Shown here one piece after another: positions 37,924 to 48,054 of a DNA stretch of 64,000 bases (its first letter is position 1; every line of letters begins with the position of its first letter). Both the position numbers and the translations under genes were made by a program. The notes beneath the pieces were generated by a model, which had not been told where the DNA came from, made no database searches, and saw only the letters and a list, made by a program, of their open reading frames with translations. Source of the DNA: an uncultured Bacteriovoracaceae bacterium (lineage in GTDB: Bacteria; Desulfobacterota; Desulfomonilia; UBA1062); assembly GCA_964600235.1 (NCBI GenBank), contig CAZRIV010000001.1, positions 286,727 through 350,726 of the forward strand, written 5' to 3'.

Positions 37924-38374
37924 ATGTCCCCCTCTCAAGGCTTCCTAGGATGTTCCTGAAGTCTCGTGATGTAAGCACCATTGGTCAATCCGGGTCACAC
38001 CCGGCTTATTGCGGAAATACATGCGTATATAGCATAAGGTATCTTAACATGTCCGATCATACCAGGCAGGCATGTAATCGACAGATCATCCGGGCGATGA
38101 GAGCTTGTCCGGCGATTTTCCTGCATGCTGTCTGTCCTGGGCTTTTAAAAGTGTATATCCGATTTTTGAAAGATCAACAAATGTGATTAAACCGTAAGAA
38201 AGGGTCTATGAACCTGTCCATATGCTTGGTTAAGCTCTGCATCCTTTTATGATCGTTCAATTTATTGAACCAGTTCTTGTTGAGACGACCCTGCTTCAAC
38301 CCATGATCGCCTCAATACGCCCATTTCCGGGAGAAATGTTGCCAGGGGTTTTGAAATTCATTATAGTGTCACCG

Positions 38375-39211
38375 ATGAATAATGCATTGAGCATAGACCT
38401 TGAAGAGTATTTCCAGATCCATGCCCTGTCCGGATTGATCGACCCGCAGACCTGGCCGGACTTCCCTTCATCCGTTGAAGAAAATACCGTGAGGATACTG
38501 AACCTCCTCGAGGAGCGCCGGATCCAGACGACCTTCTTCTGCCTCGGATGGATAGCCGAGCATCATCGGGAGGTCATCAGACGGATACACGGCAAGGGCC
38601 ATGAAATAGCGTGTCATGGCTATGCCCATCAGGTCATCTATCAGCAGGACCAGGACAAGTTCCGCAATGATGTGTCGAGGGCCAAGCATATCCTCGAAGA
38701 TATCATCGGGGAGCCTGTGATCGGGTATCGCGCCCCCACCTATTCCATTACGGACCAGACCCTGTGGGCCCTTCATATCCTGGAAGAAGTCGGGTTCCGT
38801 TACGACTCGAGCATCTTCCCCATTTACCATGACAACTACGGCATCCCCGATGCCCCCAGGTTCCCGTATCGCATACCAGACAGCTCCCTGGTGGAGTTCC
38901 CCATATCGACACTCAAGCTGGGTGCCGTGAACATCCCCATATCCGGCGGGGGATATTTCCGGTTCCTGCCCTATTCCCTGACGAGAATCGGGCTGAAGAT
39001 CCTGGCGGGCGGCAACAGGCCCTTTGTCTTCTACATCCATCCCTGGGAGCTGAACCCTGATACGCCGCGGGTCGCCGGGATGGATTTCCGTTCCCGGTTC
39101 CGGACGTATATCGGCATCGAACGTTCATTTCGCAGGTTCTCCAGACTCCTGAGCGATTTCCCCTTCGCCCCCTTAAGGGATGTCCTCAAAGAACAGGGTC
39201 TGCTCACATAG
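38375..39211 (+). CDS. polysaccharide deacetylase family protein, PEP-CTERM/exosortase-locus subfamily-like (DUF3473 C-terminus)
   Basis: N-terminus LSIDLEEYFQ; NodB-like core (TFFCLGWIAEHH..., HGYAH); the extended C-terminal region resembles the TIGR03006-type subfamily. Start taken at the internal Met at 38375. Confidence 0.65.
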   Translation: MNNALSIDLEEYFQIHALSGLIDPQTWPDFPSSVEENTVRILNLLEERRIQTTFFCLGWIAEHHREVIRRIHGKGHEIACHGYAHQVIYQQDQDKFRNDVSRAKHILEDIIGEPVIGYRAPTYSITDQTLWALHILEEVGFRYDSSIFPIYHDNYGIPDAPRFPYRIPDSSLVEFPISTLKLGAVNIPISGGGYFRFLPYSLTRIGLKILAGGNRPFVFYIHPWELNPDTPRVAGMDFRSRFRTYIGIERSFRRFSRLLSDFPFAPLRDVLKEQGLLT

Positions 39212-39222
39212 CCGCTGTCTCC

Positions 39223-41262
39223 TCATGAACCGCTGACCGAAAGGGCCTTCCTGGCCTCATCTCTGGTTTCATAGATGTGGGGCGCAAGCTTTCTCTTCTT
39301 CAGCGCATCACCCAGCTTCATCCTGAGAAACGTGTTGGTCGTGTAGCGGGTTACGCCCGAATAGAATTTCCTTACCACCCGCCTCACCATGGACGTGTAT
39401 TCGTCTACGAGTTCGGGCAGTATGTCGAAATTGTCGTAGTTGACAATGGTATATACCTTCCTGTCCAGGGGGGAGCAGATGCCGCTCACCATGTCCTCTA
39501 TGGCCTGTATGTCTTCCGAGGTTCTGATCCTGTGCCCTTCGAAATTGACAAAGAAGAGGTTCTCCCGTGCATCATAGGTGAGCCGTTCGGCCAGGGAAAG
39601 ATCCGTCATATCGTTCAGGAGGCCCATGGCGGCGGGCCTGAAGATCCTCTGATCCATCAGGCGTGGTTTGTGCTTCATGACAGGTCTGAACGCCATGTGG
39701 GCGAGGATGTCTCTTTCAATATCGATGCCCGGGGCCACCTCAATGAGTTCCATGCCGTTTTGGGTCAGGGAAAACACGCATCTCTCTGTAATGTAGTAAA
39801 CAGGCTGGCCCTTCATCCTCGCATAATGCCCGCTGAAGGTTACCTGCTCCACCTTCCTCAGAAACTTCCTTTGGGTTCCCTCCCGGTCAATGACAAGGTT
39901 CCCGTCCTGTACCGACACTTTCAATCCGTCTGCGGTAAAGGTGCCCACAAAGACCACCTTCCTGGCATTCTGGCTGATGTTGATGAATCCTCCGCAACCG
40001 GCAAGCCTTGTGCCGAACTTGCTCACATTCAGGTTGCCCTCCTCATCGGCCTGGGCCAGCCCCAGAAAACAGCAGTCCAGACCCCCTCCATCGTAGAAGT
40101 CGAACTGGTATGGCTGGTCTATGACGCATTCCGGGTTTGTCGATGCACCGAAACTCAACCCGCCTGCGGGCATACCCCCGATTGTACCGGGTTCGGCTGT
40201 GAGGGTGATGTATTCGAGGATCTTCTCCTCGTTGGCCACAAGCGAAACCCCCTCGGGCATACCGATGCCCAGGTTGATGACGCTGTTGCCCTTCAGTTCG
40301 AAAGCGGCCCTTCTGGCTATGATCTTCCTCGCCCCCATGTCCATGGGGGGCAGAGACTGCATGGGGACCTTCATCTCGGCGCTGTACGCGGGATTATACG
40401 GTTCGACAAAGGTCATGCAGTGATTCTCCGGCCTGGAGAGGATCACACAGTCCACCATTATCCCCGGGATCTTCACCTGCCGGGCATTGAGTGTACCCCT
40501 GTCTGCAATACGCTCGACCTGCACGATCACGAAGCCTCCGGAGTTCTTGGCGGCCATGGCAATGGCCAGGGCCTCGATGGTGAGGGCCTCCTTCTCCATG
40601 GTTATGTTTCCGTCCGTGTCGGCCGTGGTGCCCCTGAGTATGGCCACGTTGACGGGGAATGTCTTGTAGGCGAGGTAATCCTGTCCATCGTACGTGACTA
40701 TTTCCACCAGGTCTTCCCTGCTTCTTTTGTTTACCTTCCCCCCTCCGAAACGCGGATCGATGTAGGTCCACATGCCCACGGTGGTGATGGTCCGCGGCTT
40801 GTGGGCGGCAATGTCCCGGAACATGTGGGAGATGACACCCTGGGGGAGGTTGTAGGCTTCGATCTTGTTCTCCATTGCCAGGGCGCCAAGCTTCGGGGCC
40901 AGACCCCAGTGGCCCCCCACGACCCTTTTGACCAGTCCTTCATGGGCCAGGTGGTTCAGTCCCCTGTCTTTCCCGTCCCCCTGGCCTGCTGCATATACCA
41001 GGGTCAGATCCCTGGGCCTGCCTGTGTCCAGGAAGTGCTCCTCGATCTTGAGGAGGATCTCTTCGGGAACCCCGATGCTGACGAACCCCCCCGTGGCCAC
41101 CGTGTCACCGTCCTGTATCACCTGTACGGCCTCCCGGGCTGAAACGATCTTGCCCTTTCTCATGCGGGAGGGAGGCAATGAGGATAGCATGGGATGGATA
41201 CTTCCTTTCCTGGGCATGGCAACCTCCTGATAATTCTCTATGAGGATTTTAATACGGGGCAC
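39223..41262 (-). CDS. acyl-CoA:acetate/3-ketoacid CoA-transferase, fused alpha/beta subunits (COG4670-like)
   Basis: Family I CoA-transferase halves are both present in one polypeptide of about 650 aa ([11 protein letters not shown]... N-half; ...[12 protein letters not shown]... C-half). Start uncertain, with several in-frame Met codons near the N-terminus. Confidence 0.65.
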   Translation of the reverse strand: MPRIKILIENYQEVAMPRKGSIHPMLSSLPPSRMRKGKIVSAREAVQVIQDGDTVATGGFVSIGVPEEILLKIEEHFLDTGRPRDLTLVYAAGQGDGKDRGLNHLAHEGLVKRVVGGHWGLAPKLGALAMENKIEAYNLPQGVISHMFRDIAAHKPRTITTVGMWTYIDPRFGGGKVNKRSREDLVEIVTYDGQDYLAYKTFPVNVAILRGTTADTDGNITMEKEALTIEALAIAMAAKNSGGFVIVQVERIADRGTLNARQVKIPGIMVDCVILSRPENHCMTFVEPYNPAYSAEMKVPMQSLPPMDMGARKIIARRAAFELKGNSVINLGIGMPEGVSLVANEEKILEYITLTAEPGTIGGMPAGGLSFGASTNPECVIDQPYQFDFYDGGGLDCCFLGLAQADEEGNLNVSKFGTRLAGCGGFINISQNARKVVFVGTFTADGLKVSVQDGNLVIDREGTQRKFLRKVEQVTFSGHYARMKGQPVYYITERCVFSLTQNGMELIEVAPGIDIERDILAHMAFRPVMKHKPRLMDQRIFRPAAMGLLNDMTDLSLAERLTYDARENLFFVNFEGHRIRTSEDIQAIEDMVSGICSPLDRKVYTIVNYDNFDILPELVDEYTSMVRRVVRKFYSGVTRYTTNTFLRMKLGDALKKRKLAPHIYETRDEARKALSVSGS

Positions 41263-41314
41263 TCTGAATGGGAATCAGATGCCTGGTCTGATCAATTGCA
41301 GCAACAGGAACCAT

Positions 41315-42289
41315 CTACAACACGAAGGGTATCGAGCCGGGCATCTGCCTCAGATGGGCGGTAGCCCTGGATTTCGAAGTGAAATCCGCATACGCCCGCC
41401 TCACCGCATCGTCGCTTAGACCAAGGACCGATGACGCTTCCGGGACACCAATGCCGTGCTCCCACGCATAGAGAAGGTGGTCGAGCTTGTCAAAGGGGAT
41501 GCGGAAGAAAAACTCCTGGTCGTTAACCGGCAGGCTGAAGGTATCGGGGCTCGGTGAGCGGTTGATGATATCGGCAGTGACACCCAGGTAGCCGGCAAGC
41601 TGGTAGATCTGGTTCTTGTACAGGTGTGCAATCGGCTCGACGTCTGTGCCGCCGTCCCCATACTTGCAGAAATCCCCCAGCAGGTATTCGGTGCGGTTGG
41701 TTGTTCCTGCAACCATGAGGCTGTTCCTTTCCGCCTCATGGTACAGGTGGATCATGCGGGCCCTGATCTTGATGTCCGCAAAGGAGGTGATGGCACGGAA
41801 GGCATCCGCCCCGAGCCGCTTCTTCTTTATGGTGCCGTCCTTCAGCCGCACCTGCAGGACATAGAAGTTGAAGGATTCGCGTTCCAGCAGATCCGTGGGC
41901 AGGGCGATGTTGTAGGTGCAGCCGGGGGTATATTCAGGCATCAGCGTGCTGATGTACTCGTCCCGTTTGGCATAGGACATTACGCTTTCTACCGTGGGGG
42001 TGATATCTGTCTCTTTGAATTCTATACCCATCTTCTCGGCATGTGCCCTGGCATAGCTGCTGCTTATGGGGTTGGACTCCTTTTCAGGCAGGATGATCCC
42101 CCTGACCGACTCCCTGCCTACGGCGCGCACGGCAAGCTCGCTCATCACGGCAGAGTCTATGCCTCCGCTCAGACCCACCACGATCCCGGAACGCTTGTAG
42201 ACCGACTTCACCTGTTCCAGAAGGAATTGTGCTATACGATCTGTCTCAACGACAGGGTCGATGCGTAGAACATCCAGTCCGAATGCCAT
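41315..42289 (-). CDS. nadE: NH3-dependent NAD+ synthetase-like PP-loop ATPase
   Basis: PP-loop GLSGGIDS and the KYGDGGTDVEPI motif align with the E. coli NadE GISGGQDS and KYGDGGTDINPL motifs. Confidence 0.7.
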   Translation of the reverse strand: MAFGLDVLRIDPVVETDRIAQFLLEQVKSVYKRSGIVVGLSGGIDSAVMSELAVRAVGRESVRGIILPEKESNPISSSYARAHAEKMGIEFKETDITPTVESVMSYAKRDEYISTLMPEYTPGCTYNIALPTDLLERESFNFYVLQVRLKDGTIKKKRLGADAFRAITSFADIKIRARMIHLYHEAERNSLMVAGTTNRTEYLLGDFCKYGDGGTDVEPIAHLYKNQIYQLAGYLGVTADIINRSPSPDTFSLPVNDQEFFFRIPFDKLDHLLYAWEHGIGVPEASSVLGLSDDAVRRAYADFTSKSRATAHLRQMPGSIPFVL

Positions 42290-42508
42290 TATGCCTCCCG
42301 TACAATCCGCTGATCAGGATTTCTGAATAATTTATTTATACCAAAATTTCCGCACTGTGTATTGCAAAAGTCCATAGCATGTATTCGTCATATGGCAAGC
42401 TGCCCTTAAAATATTTTCCGTGAGATATTCATTGATCATTCGATAAACTTTGGACTACAAATTGCCGATAGAACCTGCATACAATACCCTTAAAAAGAGG
42501 ATTTATTA

Positions 42509-42760
42509 ATGTCTGAAATAATTACCGTTATCACTCAGTTCATCAGAGAAAATTTCATCGCAGGCAGGAGTGATGTCATCATCGATCCTGACCAGTCACT
42601 CATCGAAAGCGGCATCATGGATTCCACCGGTGTCCTGGAGCTCGTGGAATTCCTGGAATCAACTTATGAGATCAGGGTAGAAGATGAGGAGCTCGTCCCG
42701 GAAAACCTGGAGACCATCAGCAACATCCTGAAATTCCTTCAGACAAAAGGTGTTTCGTAG
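42509..42760 (+). CDS. acyl carrier protein / peptidyl carrier protein
   Basis: 83 aa acidic four-helix pattern with the phosphopantetheine attachment site GIMDSTGVLELVEFLE. Confidence 0.75.
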   Translation: MSEIITVITQFIRENFIAGRSDVIIDPDQSLIESGIMDSTGVLELVEFLESTYEIRVEDEELVPENLETISNILKFLQTKGVS

Positions 42761-44295
42761 TGGCGCACCTGGTCCACGATTTCCTGGAGTTATCCTGCCT
42801 CAGATACCCTGAAAAGACGGCAATTCTGCATGGCGCACAATCCTATACCTTTTCCCAGATAAACAGTCTGTCCAACAAGCTTGCTCACCTCCTGCTCGCT
42901 CACGGTCTCAAGAAGGGTGACAGGGTGCTGGTTATAATGGAAAATTCCTTTGAGAACGTGGCCAGCTACTACGGCATCCTCAAGGCAGGCGGGGTAAGCG
43001 TTGAGATCCACGAGCGCTCCACCCCTTCCGAGGCCTCCTATTATATCCGGAATTCCGGCGCCAGGATCTGCATCCTCTCAGGACTGACTGCCAAGAGGCT
43101 GGACGGGCTGGATATCCCGCTTGTCGTCGCAGGAGAACCCCATGGGGATGACCCATCAAGGAGGCATATCACCTGGGGCGATCTCGATTCCATGCCTGAC
43201 AGCCAGCCATCGGTCAGCCTAGTCGAAGACGATCTTGCGGCCATCGTCTACACCTCGGGCAGCACGGGAAACCCCAAAGGCGTAACGCTGACACACAAGA
43301 ATCTCTGCTCGAACACGGCCTCCATCGTGTCCTACCTGGGGCTGGTCGAAACCGACCGCATCATGGCCGTACTGCCCTTCTATTATGTCTATGGAAAAAC
43401 CCTTCTCAATACCCACTTCATGGTGGGAGGTTCGGTAGTCATCAACAACCGGTTCGCCTTTCCCAACGCAGTGATCAAGGAGATGATTGAAAAGGAGGTT
43501 ACGGGTTTCGCCGGTGTACCTTCCACCTTTGCCATCCTCATGAACCGCTCCATCTTTTCCAAGACCGCAATCCCGACACTGCGCTATGTGACCCAGGCAG
43601 GCGGGGCCATGGCCCCCGCGCTGACCAGAAGGCTCATGGAGCATCTCGGGAACACCGATCTCTTCATCATGTACGGCGCCACCGAGGCCTCTGCCAGGCT
43701 CACCTATCTCCCGCCGGCCAGGCTCAGAAAAGACAAGCTCGGGTCCATCGGCATTCCCATCAGGGATGTCCGGATAACCATCAGGGACGATGCGGGCAAT
43801 GAGGTGAACAATTATGAAGTGGGCAACATCTGCGCCGCCGGGCCGAACATCATGCAGGGCTACTGGCAGGACCCCGAAGAAACGTCCAAATCGCTGAAGC
43901 CGTGGGGTCTGGTCACCGGAGACCTGGGGCACAAGGACGATGAGGGATACATCTTCCTTACCGGCAGGAAAAAGGAGATGCTGAAGATTGGCGGCGAACG
44001 TGTATCCCCCAGGGAGATCGAAGACGCCATCATCGCCTCGGGGCTCGTGCATGAGACATCGGTCATCGGCAGGCCCGATGAACTGCTCTCCGAGGTGCCT
44101 GCGGCATATATCGTCCCCCTGGACGAGAAGACTTTCAACCTGGATGACCTTAAGGCCTTTCTGGCCCAGCGCCTGGCAGGCCACAAGCACCCGGCATTCT
44201 GGTACCTGCGCAAGGCCATGCCGAAAAAACCCTCAGGCAAAATAGACAAGGAGATCTTAAAGAATGAATTACTGTGCGAAATGCGTACTGCCTGA
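42760..44295 (+). CDS. AMP-dependent synthetase/ligase (acyl- or aminoacyl-carrier-protein ligase candidate)
   Basis: Adenylation motifs IVYTSGSTGNPKGV, YGATE and GDLGHKDDEGY; GTG start overlapping the ACP stop codon (TAGTG). Confidence 0.8.
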   Translation: MAHLVHDFLELSCLRYPEKTAILHGAQSYTFSQINSLSNKLAHLLLAHGLKKGDRVLVIMENSFENVASYYGILKAGGVSVEIHERSTPSEASYYIRNSGARICILSGLTAKRLDGLDIPLVVAGEPHGDDPSRRHITWGDLDSMPDSQPSVSLVEDDLAAIVYTSGSTGNPKGVTLTHKNLCSNTASIVSYLGLVETDRIMAVLPFYYVYGKTLLNTHFMVGGSVVINNRFAFPNAVIKEMIEKEVTGFAGVPSTFAILMNRSIFSKTAIPTLRYVTQAGGAMAPALTRRLMEHLGNTDLFIMYGATEASARLTYLPPARLRKDKLGSIGIPIRDVRITIRDDAGNEVNNYEVGNICAAGPNIMQGYWQDPEETSKSLKPWGLVTGDLGHKDDEGYIFLTGRKKEMLKIGGERVSPREIEDAIIASGLVHETSVIGRPDELLSEVPAAYIVPLDEKTFNLDDLKAFLAQRLAGHKHPAFWYLRKAMPKKPSGKIDKEILKNELLCEMRTA

Positions 44296-45265
44296 TACCT
44301 TCCCGGGAATAAGCTTCGATGAATCGGGTGTCTGCAATTACTGCAGAAAGACACCCATTCCCACGCCGGATGAGAAACGTGAACATCTGCAGAAATTCGA
44401 GACGCTCCTGGAACAGAAACGAGGTGCCGGCGGCTATGATGTTCTCCTGGCCTATAGCGGCGGCAAGGATTCGACCTACACCCTGATGATGCTCGCCCGA
44501 ACCTATAAGCTCAAGGTGCTGGCATTCACATTTGATAATGGTTTTGTCTCCGACCAGGCCAAGGTGAACATCATGAAGATGACCGACACCCTGGGTGCCG
44601 CCAGCATATTCTTCAGGCCTCCTTTTGACATGATGAAGCATGTCTTCGGCCTGGCCGCCCGGGAAACCATTTACAGCCCCAAAACCCTGGACAGGGCAAG
44701 CTCCATCTGCACCACCTGCATCGGCATAGTCAAGGCCATGGTCCTGAAGACCGCCCTGGCCTACCACATACCGCTCGTCGCCTACGGGTGGTCACCCGGC
44801 CAGGCGCCCATCGCATCCGCAATCATGCAGACAAACCCCAGGCTCCAGCGTATGTCCGTCCGTTCGGTCAGGGACCCCCTCCTGGCAGTCGCCGGAGATG
44901 GGATAAAACCCTTTTTTCTGAATGAAAACGACCTGTCCGTGCCCTCGGAACGGTGGCCGGTGAATATACATCCCCTGGCCTTCACCGAGTATGATGAGGA
45001 CGAGATCCTCAGGAAGATCGAGGCACTGGGATGGGTAAAACCCGCCGATACCGACCCCAACTCCACCAACTGCCTTTTGAATGCTCTGGCGAACTACATT
45101 CACAGGAAGCGCTTTTCTTTCCACCCGTATGCGTGGGAGATAGCCGGGATCGTCAGGTCCGGATCCATGGACCGCGAAGAGGGACTGCACAAGGTATGTC
45201 AGGATGAAGACATGTCCATGGTCAGGTATGCGGCAGACCTGCTGGGGATAAAAATACCGGATTAA
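44264..45265 (+). CDS. N-acetyl sugar amidotransferase (WbuX/PseA-like PP-loop enzyme, TIGR03573-like)
   Basis: N-terminal zinc-ribbon CAKCVLPD...CNYC, then the PP-loop LLAYSGGKDS. The overall pattern matches the amidotransferases that form sugar acetamidino groups. Confidence 0.7.
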   Translation: MNYCAKCVLPDTFPGISFDESGVCNYCRKTPIPTPDEKREHLQKFETLLEQKRGAGGYDVLLAYSGGKDSTYTLMMLARTYKLKVLAFTFDNGFVSDQAKVNIMKMTDTLGAASIFFRPPFDMMKHVFGLAARETIYSPKTLDRASSICTTCIGIVKAMVLKTALAYHIPLVAYGWSPGQAPIASAIMQTNPRLQRMSVRSVRDPLLAVAGDGIKPFFLNENDLSVPSERWPVNIHPLAFTEYDEDEILRKIEALGWVKPADTDPNSTNCLLNALANYIHRKRFSFHPYAWEIAGIVRSGSMDREEGLHKVCQDEDMSMVRYAADLLGIKIPD

Positions 45266-46311
45266 GGCCTTGATGGGGCAGTGGATTCCCTCTCCTGGCC
45301 GATGAGCCGCACCGGTTCGGCCCCTCTCGTATTGACTTCCTTGAGAAACCTCTTGACGAGGATGTCTTCGGGATCCTTTACCTTCTTGAGCGCCTGGGCG
45401 ACATCGATCTTTCCTGCGGCAAAGGTCTCATGGCCGCCGCCCTTGCCCATGCCCAGGGCGATCTTGTGCGCAAGGACACCGGCCATATAGTTCGTTCTCT
45501 TGGCCCTTATGGAGAAGAGAACGGACCCGTTGTGCCTTCCGTAGCACATGCAGCAGCGTATTCCCTCCAGTTGGATCAGTTCGTCGGCAAACTCCCCTAT
45601 CATCTCGGGCCAGCTGATGACCTCAAGCCTGGCAACGATTGCGTCACCGTATATCCTGGCACTGTTCAGGACGCTGTTGAGTTCCTCAAAGTATTGTATG
45701 GGTTTGTCGGGATGCTCGATACGTGAGAGTTTTTTCTGAAGTATGTGGGGGAAGAGTTGGATCGATGCACGGATGTCCGCATCCGTGGATTGCCTTCCCA
45801 GGTCCCGTGTGTCTGATTTGATTCCATAATACAGGGCTGTTGCCACCTTCCTGTCCATCTCCACGCCTGCGGCGCGCAGATACTGGGTGATGATGGTCGA
45901 CGTGCTCCCCACATCCCTGGGTATGTCCAGGTAATCGGCCTCGAGGGAAGACTTGCGCAGGGGGTGGTGGTCGATGATGATGCTGGGGAAGATCCCTTTG
46001 GGCAGGGACAGGTTCCCGGTATGAGGCTGGCAGTCCACAACCGCCATTACCTTGAAATTCCTTGGGGTTAGCGTATTCAAATGTACAAGGTCTATGTCCA
46101 GGATCTTTACCATGGCCCGATTTTCAGCCCTGCCTATGATCCCGCTGTAGGCAATGACGCCGGTCACGCCTGCGGCCTTTCTGAAGAGATACTTCAATCC
46201 GAAGGCTGCAGCAATACCGTCCGGGTCGGGGTTCTCATGGGTGACGATGAGCACCTTGCGCTTCCCCTTGAGGAGAACAAAGAGTTTCTCGTCCAGTTCC
46301 TGCCTGGTCAT
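45262..46311 (-). CDS. DHH-family phosphoesterase (NrnA-like oligoribonuclease / pAp phosphatase)
   Basis: DHH motif region (VTHENPDPDGI, DHH) and DHHA1 (GGGH); 349 aa. Confidence 0.75.
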   Translation of the reverse strand: MTRQELDEKLFVLLKGKRKVLIVTHENPDPDGIAAAFGLKYLFRKAAGVTGVIAYSGIIGRAENRAMVKILDIDLVHLNTLTPRNFKVMAVVDCQPHTGNLSLPKGIFPSIIIDHHPLRKSSLEADYLDIPRDVGSTSTIITQYLRAAGVEMDRKVATALYYGIKSDTRDLGRQSTDADIRASIQLFPHILQKKLSRIEHPDKPIQYFEELNSVLNSARIYGDAIVARLEVISWPEMIGEFADELIQLEGIRCCMCYGRHNGSVLFSIRAKRTNYMAGVLAHKIALGMGKGGGHETFAAGKIDVAQALKKVKDPEDILVKRFLKEVNTRGAEPVRLIGQERESTAPSRP

Positions 46312-46784
46312 GTCCTGTCCTTGAGGAGGTGATCGATCATATCATATACTTTTGAGCTGTGGGTTCCCTTCCAGTAGATCCTTTTGCAACAGGGACAGCG
46401 GGCAAACCTTTCATGGGTATCGTGCACATAGTCGGGGATAAGGCCTTTGATGAGGTCCTTTGATATATCCATGAGTCTGGTGTTGCAGACACCGCACCGG
46501 GTAAAGGGTTCGCCGATTTCCGTGAGACCGAGCGCCTTGAAAAGCCCCTGCAGCTGTTCGCGTACATGGTCATGCTGAATGTATACAACCCCTGTCATGG
46601 CTTGTGCAACAACCTTTCTTGTCAGAAGGATCCTGTCCTCGGCCATGGCCTGTCGGAGCATCTTCTCGTCCCATCGAGCCATATAGTCGGCATCAAAGCC
46701 CAATATCCTCAACCATCTGGCAAGCTTCCCCAGGTTCTGATCACACAGAAAACGGGGTTGAGGCCCTGAATGCATCCCTGACAT
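46308..46784 (-). CDS. Mut7-C RNase domain protein (DUF82, PIN-like with C-terminal zinc ribbon)
   Basis: RFLCDQNLGKLARWLRILGFD signature and a C-terminal CxxC...CxxC; overlaps the yraN 3' end. Confidence 0.65.
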   Translation of the reverse strand: MSGMHSGPQPRFLCDQNLGKLARWLRILGFDADYMARWDEKMLRQAMAEDRILLTRKVVAQAMTGVVYIQHDHVREQLQGLFKALGLTEIGEPFTRCGVCNTRLMDISKDLIKGLIPDYVHDTHERFARCPCCKRIYWKGTHSSKVYDMIDHLLKDRT

Positions 46785-47118
46785 GGAGCACCTTCCTGTC
46801 CTTGTTCACCGTGATCACATCGAAGCGCATGGGCACCTCGGTCATGTTCTTCGCCTTCAGGTATGCGAGCGACGCCCTGATGATCCGATGCTGTTTCCAC
46901 ACCGGGATCCACCCGATGGGATCCCCGAAGGAAGTGTCCTTTGTGGTGGACTTCACCTCTATGAAAACTATCGTGGAATCATCCTCGGCGATGATGTCGA
47001 TCTCGCTGGAGCGTGCATGGAAATTGACATCGAGAATCCTGTAGCCCTCGTGTGCCAAATAGCTCCTGGCTATCTCTTCTCCGACAGCCCCTTTCTCCCG
47101 GGACGATCTAGGACACAC
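46741..47118 (-). CDS. yraN: YraN-family (UPF0102) putative endonuclease
   Basis: GEEIARSYLAHEGYRIL...EIDIIA...VFIEVK pattern; 125 aa; in the conserved position after rnhB. Confidence 0.7.
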   Translation of the reverse strand: MCPRSSREKGAVGEEIARSYLAHEGYRILDVNFHARSSEIDIIAEDDSTIVFIEVKSTTKDTSFGDPIGWIPVWKQHRIIRASLAYLKAKNMTEVPMRFDVITVNKDRKVLHVRDAFRASTPFSV

Positions 47119-47698
47119 CCTTGAATGATCTCCTGTGTATCAGGCTCGGACCGAGCCTGTTGATTGCATCCAGATGGTCTCTGGTGGGATACCCCTTGTG
47201 CCTTGAAAAACCATACCCCGGGTACAGGGTATCCATTCGGTACATATATCTGTCCCGGGTTACCTTTGCAACAATGCTCGCTGCTGAAACGGAGGGTTCC
47301 GTAACGTCTCCTTTGACAACGGTAATGCATCTGCACGACAGAGGCGGGGTTACATTCCCGTCCACAAGGGCACAGGCAGGTGATATCGCGAGCATTTCCA
47401 CCGCTTCCCCCATTGCCTTCAGGGTAGCCTGCAGAATATTTATTTCGTCGATTGTTTTTGCATCGATCATGGCCACTGCGATGCGGACACCCTCTGAACT
47501 GGTGAGCTTCCCGAAGATCTTTTCTCTTAGCGCCTCGCTGAGACGTTTTGAGTCCCTGACAAGCGCGCGCAAAGGCGACTGCGGGTCCATGATCACAGCC
47601 GCTGCAACGACAGGTCCTGCCAGAGGGCCCCTGCCGGCTTCATCAACACCGCACAAGGGCCACAAGCCCTGTGCAATGAGATCCTCTTCAAGGGGCAT
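47108..47698 (-). CDS. rnhB: ribonuclease HII
   Basis: GVDEAGRGPLAGPVVAAAV and DSK motifs; 196 aa. Confidence 0.9.
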   Translation of the reverse strand: MPLEEDLIAQGLWPLCGVDEAGRGPLAGPVVAAAVIMDPQSPLRALVRDSKRLSEALREKIFGKLTSSEGVRIAVAMIDAKTIDEINILQATLKAMGEAVEMLAISPACALVDGNVTPPLSCRCITVVKGDVTEPSVSAASIVAKVTRDRYMYRMDTLYPGYGFSRHKGYPTRDHLDAINRLGPSLIHRRSFKGVS

Positions 47699-47699
47699 G

Positions 47700-48044
47700 C
47701 TAGCTGCGGATCTCCTTGAGCCTTGCAGCCTTGCCTCTGAGCTCTCTCATGTAGTAGAGCTTCGCGCGCCTTACCTTGGAACGCCCTACTATCTCGATCT
47801 TTTCGACACTGGGTGCATGAAGGGGGAATACCCTTTCGACTCCCACGGAATAAGACTGCTTGCGCACGGTGATGGAAGTCCGGTTGCTTGCCCTGTGACG
47901 GGCTATGACCACGCCTTCAAACAACTGGGTACGCTGACGTGTGCCTTCCACGATCTTCATGGAAATTCTGACCTTGTCGCCTATGCGTATCTCGGGCAGC
48001 TCTTCCTTCATCTGTGTCTTTTCGAATGCATCCAGGATGTTCAT
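47700..48044 (-). CDS. rplS: 50S ribosomal protein L19
   Basis: 114 aa; IRIGDKVRISMKIVEGTRQRTQLFEGVVIARH is the canonical L19 sequence. Confidence 0.95.
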   Translation of the reverse strand: MNILDAFEKTQMKEELPEIRIGDKVRISMKIVEGTRQRTQLFEGVVIARHRASNRTSITVRKQSYSVGVERVFPLHAPSVEKIEIVGRSKVRRAKLYYMRELRGKAARLKEIRS

Positions 48045-48054
48045 GTACTACCTC

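Noticed and set aside
39277-41142. 621-aa ORF on the plus strand opposite the CoA-transferase gene
   Set aside because: Antisense shadow ORF with biased composition (His/Gly/Pro/Val-rich); the opposite strand has clear CoA-transferase homology.
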